Source of the DNA: Azolla caroliniana
Lineage: Eukaryota; Plantae; Polypodiophyta
Reading direction: 5' to 3'
Length of the DNA stretch: 64,000 nucleotides
Assembly (NCBI GenBank): GCA_043228905.1
Contig: JBHGNT010000001.1
Location: 30,690,001-30,754,000 of the forward strand
A model generated the notes under the pieces. That model was not told where the DNA came from. It saw only the letters and a program-made list of their open reading frames with translations, and did no database searches. The position numbers were made by a program, and so were the translations under genes. The number at the start of each line of letters is the position of its first letter. The first letter of the stretch is position 1. This document shows positions 37,916-49,966 of this stretch, piece by piece.

Positions 37916-40900
37916 TCATCTTTCAGCCTTCTTTAATAGGGTTCCAAGTGTCTGACTGTGAGTGCGCGGTGGTCGACTCCCTTTCTTGTTTATATCATTC
38001 CACACCTTGCTTTTGTTTCCAGCCTCGGCTTTATTTGGATTTTTCTCTCTTCTTTTAGAATGAGTACCTTCGAGTTCATTCGGGCAACCATTATCACTAT
38101 CCTCCGAATGCTGAGATGGTCTGTGATAAAGCGGTCCTCGAGAACTTCGACGACCCGTGGGTGGATGAGTGTCTTTACGTTTTTGGCCTATAGAATGTTG
38201 CCCATGCATATCATTATCACTTGTTTTAGGAGGAAACGTAGTAGGTGTTCCATTAAGCTTATTCTGCTGTTTGGGAGTTGGAACCTCTACTGCTTTATCA
38301 TCATCAACCACACTGCCAACCTTTGATGCTACCTTTGGGCTCTTGCCTCTTACATTGTTTTGTAGGTCGCTTTTGAGCTCACTTCTTGGGTCATGACCGA
38401 GGACCAGGGAGGATTGATGATCCTCTCTCTTTCTCTCCTGTAATGTGACCCGCACCCCATCTAGCTTCTTTATATCTTCCTTCTTCAAACCAATTTGCGG
38501 TAACAACTTTTCCCTGGAGCTTCTGCACTCCAAAGACTCAATATCTTTACTTAGACTTAACACTTTGGGTCCCCCCACTATAGCATGCCTAGAGCAGCTA
38601 CTCGCCCCATTCTCTGTATTGCTAAAAGTTCTATTTACATCATCTTCCCGATATGTATTCGAGCTCTCCACAGTCTTCTCCTTAGGTGCAAAGCTCAGTA
38701 ATATTGCAGCAGCAAGGCTATCACTATCAGAAATATGTGGTAGATTATCGCTCCATTCATCTATGGAAACCTCTTCCTTGCTCTCAATAACCATGGGCTT
38801 TACAAAAGGAAGAATGGGAAGATTTTCGTAATCATCAGATGCTGTAATAGCAATTGATTTCCTCTTATGAGAGCTTACGCTAGAAGTGTCGTTCACCTGG
38901 CTTTCTAGTTCTCTAGAGGGGCATTCTTGATCTTGTTTGATAATGCAAGGTGTTTCCGTGCTTGTGGACTGCATAGAGACTGCTGTGTGCATTGTCAGCT
39001 GACTGCATGAGCTCAAATCTGAAGCTTGACTGACTTTTGCTTGGGCATTTTCATCCTTCCTACAACTTCCACTAAGAAGAGCACTTGGTATAATACAATC
39101 ACCTGAAATGAAAAAGGAAACAAGAAAGTTGATGAGGTGGAGAAAAGTCTTGAAGGTAGTATTACATTCTGTTATAGTACAATTGGTTGGTATTAACTCC
39201 TATTATAGGCTTAAGTTTCCACTTTTGGACTTGGATGTCCACAGCTTTGATATGTGGTCTTTGAGAATAATAGAAATTAGCAGCACGTTTTAAGAGAAGT
39301 ATCTTGAAGATATTTGTACAGTCAATCAGTTACTATTAGATCCCATAATACGCTGACTCTTGTTTAACTTCTTGAACTTTGAGTCACTGGATCTTTTAAG
39401 CCTTGTATCAGGAAGAAATGGTAAAACCTTTGGGGTCCCTAGGTTTGGATTTCTTTAGTAAGTAATAAAAATACACACTAAATATTTTGCGACAAAAAGA
39501 ATCAAAATTATCACCCTACATCTGAATAAGAGATTAATGTTTTTCCCATTTTAGGGTACCCTAGGGGTGCCTGGGTGTGGATCTTCTCTGTATTGTCTTT
39601 TTAAGTAATACCAAATCATAAAGAAAAAAAACAAATGCAAAACTAATAGACTACATCAGAGGAAGACAATGATGTTTTCCCCATTTTGGCATCTCAACTC
39701 ATGTCTATCGTGAACCTTACTTTTGGGCTGCAAGCTTTCTCCACATTGTTTCACCTCAAGCACATCCCTCATCTGCACCAAATTTGCCACATGATCCTTC
39801 CCTTCACAGCTTTTCAAATGTAGATTTGGGTGTACATTATCAACAAGATTGCGTGGACAACCTCCACAAACTTCAACCCTTCCCTTCGACATAGGAGCCA
39901 TATCTAGCACACCTTCTGTCCCTTCTAAACTTGTGCTTGGAACTTGTTCACTATAGCTGTGAGACTTGTTGTTAACTGTCATGCTTCCTTTGTGCATATC
40001 CTCCTTGATTGGTATCAGATTGCTTCCTTGACCCGATAGCGGAAGGCCTTGATTGTCTTCATTGACCAGTTGAAGTGTTCCACTTGTAACACAAGCAATG
40101 TTTCCTTCCTTGTGGCATGTGGATTGCTCATTTTTCTCTATCTCATCTTCCCGAAGAACGTCCATCTTTGTTTGGTTGACATGTTGAGACTCAGATTTAT
40201 TTGTTTCAGCAAGCAAACCAGCAGGATTGTGTTCATTGGCTGATAAGTCTTCTTCTGTGCTTGCACCATGTTGTGCTGCACAGGAAGAAGAATCCGAAGT
40301 ATGGCCTACAATGAGAGAATTTACTTCTTCCTTGGTAATTTTTAAAGAGAGATCTTCCTTCATATTTTTTGATATCAGATCTTTCTGGATATGTGATGCT
40401 GGCGCCATATGCGCTGCCAAAACATTTGGTTGCAAAGATGCTGCTAATGCTACAATATCAGCCTCTTCTTCATGTATCAATTCTTTCCCCTTTACTTCTT
40501 CTCTCTGGATGCAACGTTTCTTCTCTTGACAATTTGGCAGATCCTGAGTGGAATCCTTCTTGGAGCAGTCAGATGGCTTTCTTTGACAAGCCTTTTCCTT
40601 CAGCTGGCCATCAGGTGAAACTAACTTCAAATCAATCCCATCAGCCTCGTCCTTCAATATAAGCTTTGAAGGCTTCTTGGAAGGGAACTTTTGAATTATT
40701 TGTGTAGAGCTAGGATAATAATTTCCAATGCCTGACATGTTCCAAGGACCTTTTCCTTCGTTTTGACTAATCGGTAAACCACCCACCTGGAGTCCAATTT
40801 GTGATGCATCACTAGCGTGAGCGCCATAGATCCCCTGTAGATATAACCCTCCATGTGTATTATTTTGTGATGGTTGCAACCATGATGTCTGGTTTACATT

Positions 40901-42225
40901 TGTAAAAGGTTGTCCAAACATGGATTGTGGCTGGTAATGCTGAAATTGCATAACCGAATTCTCCTGATACCAAATATTCCTTTCCGGCTCTTTATGTTTT
41001 CCTTTTGACTCCCCAGCAGGGACTAGACCAGAAAATTGGCTTCCTGGTAAACAAGTTTCTGATGTGAAAGATAATAATGGTTTCTTTGGTGTTTCTAGTG
41101 AATTAGCTAATTGCCCAACTAAACCTGCCGATGGTTTTATCCAGTTTCCAACAGAATTTGAGGTAGCTTCTGTACGTAACTGTCTTGTGCCTGGCTGTCC
41201 CAATACAAGATTTTGAAGACCCTGATGGAAACCATTTTGTTGATGGTAATCCTCGAGAAACCCTTCAGATATAACATGAGACGGCGCCAACTTCTCTTGT
41301 TTCTGAAGTGAAAAATCAGAACTCAACAATTTTGTACTACCATCGGATCCCTGGTGCCAAACATTCAGCAAGCAGCAATGTTTTGGTTTAACATATCACA
41401 ATATGCGTAGAAAAAGAGCTATATTTGAGCAATCTTATGGAGAGGAAAAATGACCTGATAAAACCAGTGTGTGTCATTCCCAATTGCTCGGCACACCAAA
41501 TCCACATGAGATTCATTTTGCAATGATGTTGACTTGCCAACTCCAGGTACAGGCTGCACATTTGTACCTCCAAAAGCAAGGTGTTTACCATCAAGCTCAT
41601 GAAGATTTTCAGCTGAATTCAGCAGAAACTTGGATTCTTGTGATGATTTTGGTGAGGGTAAAGAAGCTATACAGCTAGAATATGAATCATCTTTTGCAGA
41701 AACATTCTTTCCCCCTGCAAGTGAGTTACCATAGTTGGAGCTTGAATAGTGTTTGAGGTTTTCTTGACAAGATCTTGGGGAAACAGACTCTCTTGGCTGT
41801 AGAACTACATTCTCTGGTTTGTCTGTTTCATCATCAGTGTCATCTTCAGGTAGCTGTTCAAGGTCTATCACCTTTTTCCTTGATGAGCTGTTTGTGTTCT
41901 TCAAGTCTACTTTCGCAGCAATTCCTTCACCTCCTTGCTGCTTCAAGGAATCATCTGTGCCTTTTGTTGTGTTTTCCAAGTCCGAAAATGGTCTCAACTT
42001 GATAGGTTTTAGTGATTCAGTAACTACTACTTTTGGTGTAGGTTTTGACTCCCAAAAGTTCATTTTTTGCTTTAAATTTTCATGGTGCTCAGGCAGACTC
42101 TGCATACTATGGGGAGTTGATTGAGAAACCCCAAAGTAAAATGTTGATTTTTCTCCATCCTTTGCTTTGTGCATTAATGATTTCTGGACTTCATATAGCT
42201 TATGAAGGTCATGCACCTGTTAAAT

Positions 42226-42283
<58 letters not shown>

Positions 42284-43199
42284 GAATCCTCTATTATAAG
42301 TGCCATTCTAGGGCAATGGAGATGAGCATCCCTCTCTCTAAAGAACAGGTACATATATAGAAATACAGATAGATTTAGAAACATACATAGATCATGGATG
42401 GGAGGGAATTCGAATATAGCCCAATCAGGGCTATCCCTTTTACTTGCTACATTACATGATGGATCAGAAGTCCAAAGGACGTGTATATAGTTATCATATG
42501 TCTATAAACGCACAACCTTAGCCAAAATGTGCATACACATCAATTGTTCTTTCTATCACTGCTTGCATAAGCATACCAACCCAGAGTGGCACTCAAATCT
42601 TTGCCCTGGTTTTCAACGCTTGATATACCCGTTGTCAAATCCTTGAATATAATGGTTAAGACGTAACATTTCACAGAGTTACAATATTTGGTAGCCTTCT
42701 TGCATGAATTTGTTAAAATGACATGACATATTGAAACTCTAGTTTTACTGTGTAAAGACTGTCTAGCATAAATTCTGTCTTCTATACCCTATCTCTTGCG
42801 TGTGTTTCAAGTGAGTATCTGGATTTCCTGCTCAAGAGAAAGTTGTGTCCATTTTTTTTAGAATGTGTCTGGATGGTAGAGGGATTGTTAATCCAGCATA
42901 AAGCAAAATAGATGTGCTCATAAGACATATCACACCATTTGTCCCAATGTGATTTGGTCTGTTTCATGCCTATTTTTGCAATTGCACAAAGAGATTAGTA
43001 TCAAAAGACAATGGACAGCTATAACCTTCAAGCTAACCTGCTCTTTAAATGTCTTCTCATGTTCCAACATGATCTCTCTCACAGAAGTTCTATTCATTAT
43101 TGTAATATGTTTCATGACTTCATTATTCATCATAATCTGATGTCGTTCCATTGTTTGAGCACCAAAGTTGTCCATATTTTCAGTACTTGAACCAGACAT
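37916..43199 (-). CDS. DUF863-like plant protein; exons 43199-43038, 42216-41455, 41350-39721, 39102-37916
   Basis: N-terminal signature VREIMLEHEKTFKEQV|HDLHKLYEVQKSLM, IDLEQLPE motif and LAAAILLSF motif; the long low-complexity ORFs are joined by in-phase GT-AG introns. The exon 3 donor (A|GTAAGG at 39720) is inferred. Confidence 0.75.
42229..42280. repeat. (CT)26 microsatellite
   Basis: Directly visible. Confidence 0.95.
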
Positions 43200-43964
43200 C
43201 GATATGCTTAAAGTCTTCTTTTAATTTCCATGGAAGTTGTTGACCAACTGCAAAAGAAAAGCAATGCAAAAAAAACTAAGCAAGGTGTACGAGATTTCAT
43301 TTTGAGAATTGCAAGCATCCGATTGACAGGCTTATCTCTACCCTTAATTTAATTCCTAACCATATATTGAAAGTTTAGTTGTTACTGCCTATTTTTAACA
43401 CAATGCAATCAAATCAAATTTATTGGGGCACACCTACTTAGATGGATAACGAGATGGGGTTTCTGTCCTAAGGTAAACCATGTGGTATGAGTGCCACTAA
43501 GCTAATAAAATGATGATACTCAAGGATTGAAAAGAATGGTAGATTCTCTATTTCTGGTTTGGATATGCTACATAAGCCTCTGGTTGAGTGGGAAAATTAA
43601 TGCTCATTCCTACAGATTACACCACATGTGCGACTAGTGCTATATGCACATAATGGATGATCAAAATGAACACTACCATTAATGTGGAGGCAATTGATAA
43701 ATTTGAGAGACAACGTAAATAGAATAGGGACAAGAATAGCACACACGAATGTGTAGCCTTTATAAACAGATAAGCCCTATGTAGATTCAAATTGTGGCTA
43801 GGAAAAGGCATTCCAATACTTAATGGATCTATTCTAGCTTTTATTAACCCCTAAAAAGACTGTCTCCATCCGGCCCAGGCAATGCCCAGCCAAACCAAAT
43901 CATAGTCATGCCCACACTATGACAAGGCAAAGTCCATCCAATATCTAATGAGCATATTCTTGCC

Positions 43965-44460
43965 TTGATTAACCCTCAATAATGTAGCTATGTGGAGTAT
44001 GCACTGTAGTTCTATGTCCAGATCATATCCATTTGGACCAAGATTGTGTCCACCATTGACAGTCCAATAGCTAATACGTTTATTCCAGTCTTAGTGAAAT
44101 CCTTACCATGTAATTATGTGCATCTTCAGAGCATATTGGGATAAATCCTAGGTCTATGTCCAGGCCGATTTTCTGGGTATATAAATGTTAACTATTAGCT
44201 AATTTAACCTTAATAATGTTGTGATTATGTACAAACTCATGAGGAAATGCACAAATCCTAGGTCTATGTTCAAAATATGGTCATCCAGACCCACAAAAAA
44301 AGCTAATAAGCTTACTCTAAACTTAATTAACTATTAAATTATGGTAGTTATGTGCATGATAATAATATATTGGTATAAATCTATTTTTAAGATGTATGAT
44401 GAGACCATACCTCCTTAATTTAACCTTCATATGATCTATTTATGTGTGTGAGCATAACGT
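43965..44460. repeat. Degenerate ~110-120 bp tandem repeat in the 5' UTR intron of the DUF863-like gene
   Basis: Recurring ttaacc.t.a.aatg...tatgtg...aaatcctaggtctatgt units. Confidence 0.5.
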
Positions 44461-45037
44461 ATGAGATAGATGTACTATGTACTAGCCCTAAAAAAACAAG
44501 CTTTATCATCTTGAAAATCGTATATTTATTCCACTTCCATGAGAAGCTGTTCTATCTTGTCTGTATTCTCGATGAATTTTGTGACGAATTGACCAATGAA
44601 ATCCATATGAAAACACATACATACTAAATACACAGAATCGAGGGATATTAATGAAAACAGAAAACCCGAAAACACAGAGAGAGATACCTGATGAAATTGA
44701 AGGCAAATGTAAACATATACAAATATATATTTATATAGATTTCTATAGATTTTTCGCAGCTCCTAGATCTGTCTCAGCAAACCCTGGTCAAACGCTTCAT
44801 TCTCTTCTTGAGATGTCACAAGAACCCAATGGGTAGTTGGATCAGCGTATAACCAGAATCTATGGTGACTCATTAACAAGGTCAGAGAATTATGCAGGAT
44901 TTGCATGCTATTTGGGGTTAAAATCTGATAGGTCTGCAAAGGAAAGGGAGAAAGGGAAGAAAGAGGATCTGTAGTGGTGGGGCATATGATGGACACCTGA
45001 CTGAATGTTTTCGGCTTTTCTCACTAGATTTTCCCTA

Positions 45038-45041
<4 letters not shown>

Positions 45042-45080
<39 letters not shown>

Positions 45081-45148
45081 GTAGGGAGAAAGACCCCTTC
45101 GCGTGTGTGCGTGCGTGAGTGAGTAGAGAGAGAGGGGGGGGGGGGGGT
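45042..45148. repeat. (CT)n microsatellite and poly-G run at the probable promoter of the DUF863-like gene
   Basis: Directly visible. Confidence 0.85.
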
Positions 45149-45199
45149 ATGTATAGGGAAAATCAATTTAATCGGATGGCTACATTGGGTTTGGTAACG

Positions 45200-45830
45200 G
45201 TCAAGGATGCTATGTTGGTGTCACAAAGAAGATTAATGGCCTTTCGAGATCAACATTTCGTATTCTAAGAGATTATACCTTTATACTGGGATAAGTTGCA
45301 AGAAATAATGTCTTCGTATGAGCCAAATCCTGATTTAGATGGGGGATCTCAAGAACTTGATTGGATGTTTGTTGGAAATAAGAGATTGACTATGATTTCA
45401 ATAAGTGTTGCTTATTACAAGTTAATTGACAAACATAAGTGGTTGGAAGAAAGTGTTATAAAGATGTGGGGTTTTTGTAAGCCCATTACTTGGTGGTTTC
45501 ATGTGATCAAGGCAAGTTGGTGTTCTCGATTGATGCTATGAGCTAAGGTATATATTTGGAGAGTTATGGTTGGAGCTTTACCATTGGGGGATGCATTAAA
45601 AAAAAGAAACATTACTAAAGGATCATGTTTCTTTTGTTTGGTGGAATTGGAACATAGTAGGCATCGATTTAGAGGTGTATCAATTTAGTGTGGATGTCTC
45701 TAATTGGAGTAAGCATATATTCCTTCGGTTGGGTTTTTGCACATATGGAGAACAATGAACCGATGCCTCATTTCCAAATTATTTTTGAGTTCTTGAGGTA
45801 TTTGGGGCAATGGTTTAGTTTAATGCCCAC
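45200..45830 (+). mobile_element. Decayed LINE ORF2 fragment (zf-RVT region)
   Basis: 45541-45670 translates AKVYIWRVMVGALPLGDALKKRNITKGSCFFCLVELEHSRHRF, a zf-RVT-like C-C-H arrangement; flanked by stops and frameshifts. Ends approximate. Confidence 0.65.
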
Positions 45831-47619
45831 ATTAGTGCCAATGTCTTCATGGGTTGTGCTATGTAGAACAAATACTTAACAACTCTCCACCAATGTTATA
45901 TGATGTTATAGGAGATGAACTCATCTACTCTATCATAGAGCTTTCACCCCATGCTTAGCCGCATGGCTTCTATTGTTGAACTAATTTGTTCCACGAAATT
46001 CATTGTCTTTAGAGCTTTAAGTCAAAATGGCCATCCCAAGGTGAAAGCCTTTTTGTAAGCAAGCTAAAAGTAATTTTTGTGGTTAGTTATTACTTTATGG
46101 TAAAATCTCTCAATGTGAAAATAATGCACTTACATATGTGTTCACTCTTATTGGGGAAATTTTGAGTATGGCATTCACATTATCATGTCCATCTAACAAA
46201 GTCATCATATTTCTCATGGATTACCTTATACGTAGAGCATGCGATGAGTAAGTGATATTGATTCTCCGATAGGTTTTCATTGCATATCTTCATGTTTGTG
46301 TGATGATGCCATGATGCTACCTCAACACCTAATTTGTGTGAGCAAGTACAAAGAAGTGTTAAGACTCTCCGAGAGCCAATGCTCGTGGGGGTAGTGAGAT
46401 GTGATTGGATACATATTATAATATGACATTTTCCCCCTTGTGTTGGGGCCAATATCGGGGTTAATATTTGCAATATAATATTCCAATTTTCAAATTTTAG
46501 CATTGTGCTACTTCATTCTTGATACCACTTCTATCCTCTGATTCACAACATCACCTGAGGGCTCCAATAGATTTTTTACTCTCATTTCTTAAACCATTTC
46601 ATCATGTCAAGCACCTAACCAAATAATAATCAATTCTGGGAGAGAGAGTTGTAACTAAGCATACAAAAGTCAAGAAAATTAAAGATTAAAGAAGTCGAGC
46701 TAAAGAGGCACGAAAGCTACTTTTTATAACTAATTTACAAAAGGATTTCACAATTTACATTAGGGTAGAGATTACGATTAAAGCTCTACAATAAGAGCAA
46801 CGATCATAGCATAGGTACTAAACCATACCACTCTCTAGTTTCGGGCAGATGGAGGGTTTGCTAAGAACAACATATTGTTGCCAAATCTCTCAAAGTGGAG
46901 AACAATGATGACAAATAATTAATATGCAATTATAAACATTTGAATTTGAACTTAACACGTACTAAACCTTTGGCATGAGATGAATTAAAATGTGTGCCCT
47001 GACTTCAAATTAATCTTACTAGATTCATAAATCACAATAGTCTATGCTCAGGCAATAAAAAAGGATAATAATTAGGCTCTTATATAGCCAACTACAAACC
47101 AAACACTTGACTAGCAAGCAGTTCATGCCAAATCCTTTTTGTTTGTAGTATGTACTACTAATATGCCACATATCAATTGTGTCCTTTTATCATTGTCACT
47201 ACTTTACATCTAAAAGAAAAGAAAAAGAGAAAACCATGACATTTGAAACCTAGTACAAAGTGGATAGAAATTGTGAAAATAACAAATTAACTAAGGTGGA
47301 AATTCCCAACATAAATTATACACGAGTGTGTCTATATATAAATGAATTTGGTCTATGTTGAAATGTGATTGTGACAAAAGAAATATAATATTTACATGGT
47401 AATGGTGCAAATAAAACGTTTTACAAGCAATTACATCATGTGCGTCTTAAAATTTTGATGTTATGATCTAAATGTTGTTATTTAAGTATGACAATTTGAT
47501 TTACTAAGTTACAATGAGATTCCTTTCTTATATAAAGTGAAGTATAGAGTATGATAGACCATAGTAAATCTCATAGATTGATCTATTTTGAAACATGTTT
47601 CTTAATTTTTAAATGGTCT

Positions 47620-48098
47620 CTTGCATGAGGTATGTATATGGCTTTAGAGTACATATATAAATGAGGGATAGTGATGTGGGTAGATATTAAGGGTGAACTA
47701 CATTATTATGAAAAAGAAAAGGTTAACTTTGCATTGTATACAAGAGGTCAATATGTTGAGGAAATGTCGTCAGGTGTGTTTATTAATTCAGTATAGGATG
47801 GTGTGGTTTGGGAGACAATTAGCCCAATAGTTGTATGGGTTTTGTGGACTAGTAGATGTCGAAAGATATTTCAGGAAATTCAATGGAATGTTGTGGATGT
47901 AGTCAAGGAGATTTGGTTGATTTTGGTGCATACACTAAAAGGAGAATACGATGCTATCAAGGGGGATTCAAAAGTAGTATTTCAAAAGCAAGAGGTTTTT
48001 AAGAAGAGATGGGAAAGGCTGAATTTCTTCTTCATGTTTAATGGTTGTATACATTGAAGGTACAACCACCTCTCTGGGTATTTCTGTCACCCACATGA
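47620..48098 (+). mobile_element. 3' fragment of a LINE, same family as the 57300-59430 copy
   Basis: VWETISPIVVWVLWTSRCRKIFQEIQWNVVDVVKEIW...QPPLWVF closely parallels ORF 57383-58102. Confidence 0.85.
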
Positions 48099-48099
48099 G

Positions 48100-48190
48100 G
48101 CACGTGGCCATGTACAAGCAATTGATAAGGGAAAGGAAGTTCATGAGGAGATCATGGACAAAGGATTGCTAGAAAAACATGTTGTATTGT
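48100..48190 (+). pseudogene. Short PLS-PPR gene fragment
   Basis: Translates ARGHVQAIDKGKEVHEEIMDKGLLEKHVVL, matching the PPR L/S junction pattern ACG..GAIDKGK.IH.EI...GLLEKD.VL. Confidence 0.65.
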
Positions 48191-49208
48191 ACTTATGGAA
48201 GTGTTCATGTATCATTTAAATCACTTTAGACATAATATAAACCATTGTTGGAAAAAAATAAATTTGTCAAATGGTTTCCATAGAACTATAATTACTTCTA
48301 TAAATTTATATGAGATAACATGGTTCAGGATATAATACAAGGACAAGATATTTACTATTTTTTACACAAAAAAGGAACATAACCAATTATTCTCTTTTTT
48401 ATATGCTTTACAATACCTACTAAGAGTTTTCTATGTGAAACCCAAACATGAATCATGATTTAGAACAAGCATGTTATGAGCTACAAGTAAAATAAATAAA
48501 TATGGGATTTAAAATCTAAAACAAAGTAGATTCTATAAAGGAGAAAGGAACAAAGTATTACAATAACCTATAACGCCTATAAAGTGGATACAACTTTTCA
48601 AGGGTAATCACATTTGGTGAACGGTCAAAAGTGAGTGTGGTAGAAGGATAATACTTTGGTGTAGAGTAAAACCACTCCACCTTCTCAAAAACCACCTATA
48701 AAATACACCTTTGATCCATATGGCATGAAGCTCCAAACATTATAGTTGTTGCCGTTGAGTGTCACCCTATATGTTATCCAAATCATAAGACTACTTACCA
48801 ATCACCATATTTTAGCTTTACCAATTGCCATTTGAGGATTTAGGGGTATAATAGTTTATTTCATTAGACCATGTCTTAGAGACAAAGTATGCAACTCCTC
48901 ATGTTCATATAACGTTGGTTGCCCTTGTACAATTGCCCATACTATTGGCCCCCACGTATACACAGTTTGAGGATCTATTTGTTTTTAAGATTATTTTCTA
49001 GATATCCATCACAAAAACACAACTCCACAAATATTGCTTTGCAGTCTCCACTGAATGCATTAAAAATGACACATACTTTCTACATTCACTCCTTTTCGCC
49101 ATTCATTAACGGTATAACTCTATGAATCAAAAACCATATAAAACAAACAGATTTTCTACTGACCATTTCCAAACTTGCTTGAGTTGTTGTGGAGAGATTG
49201 CACTGCGT

Positions 49209-49923
49209 TGTCGTGAAGAAAACCGCCCACAAGAGGAATCGGAGGACAAGGCGTGGGAAACGACTCTACACACACACGCGCGCCAAGAAGTACCTAAGGA
49301 CGAAGTAGGTACATACGAGGATCCTAGGTGGGTAGATTCGGTTGGTATGCAGTTAATGCCAAACGGCCTCTTGACGGGCTATAAAAGGAAGAGGAAGAAT
49401 AGAAGTGGGCATCTCCCGCGGAGAGGACGAAGTGCTGCCGAACCGATTTCGGAGCTTCTCTCTCTCTCCCGCTCTCTCTGTCTTCTGCTCCATCGTGTAC
49501 CTGTGCAGGTTTCGAGGAGGCTTGCGCTGTTCCGTGGAACGCCCGAGTGCGTCCTGCAGCACCTCCGACCTGTTTCCCCTTTCTGTGCGTCGCGATATAC
49601 AGGGGTCGGCATCTGTTCGCCGCCCTGTTCGTTTTCGTTTGTATCTATTTCGTGCCCCACTGAGGGTTGTAGTACTTTAGTCTGTTATTTTCTTGCATTC
49701 ATAAGTACATATCTTTCGTTGTTGCGTCCATCTGCGTCGGCGTTTATTTGTGTTCTCTGTTTGTTGGGCCGTGTCCCTGTGTAATCGTCGGTTCTGCGCA
49801 ATCGGAACTTCGGTTCTGTGTAATCGGGGTCTCTCTCTCTTATCTCTCTCTCTCTTGTTCTTCGGTTCAAGACCCCCGTGGTCCCTCCTCCTTTCTACAC
49901 GCAAGGGCGTAGCAACCCCGACA
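49209..49923 (+). repeat. 5' LTR (715 bp), TATA-like CTATAAAAG near 49379
   Basis: Matches 55654-56368 apart from two T/C differences seen by eye (49496/55941 and 49596/56041). Confidence 0.97.
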
Positions 49924-49926
49924 TCT

Positions 49927-49944
49927 TGGTGAACCCGACGTGAA
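49927..49944 (+). other. Primer binding site complementary to the 3' end of tRNA-Trp
   Basis: TGGTGAACCCGACGTGAA is the reverse complement of TTCACGTCGGGTTCACCA, the remembered 3' end of plant cytosolic tRNA-Trp; it starts 3 nt after the LTR end. Confidence 0.85.
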
Positions 49945-49966
49945 CGAGGCGGCAGAAGAGCAGAAG

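Noticed and set aside
39676-39690. Possible non-canonical GG donor at the end of DUF863-like exon 3
   Set aside because: A canonical in-phase donor A|GTAAGG exists at 39720.
49122-49784. 220-aa ORF (and its 202-aa twin at 55621-56229) running across the LTR
   Set aside because: Start codons lie outside the LTR and differ between copies; no recognisable domain; explained by GC-rich LTR sequence.
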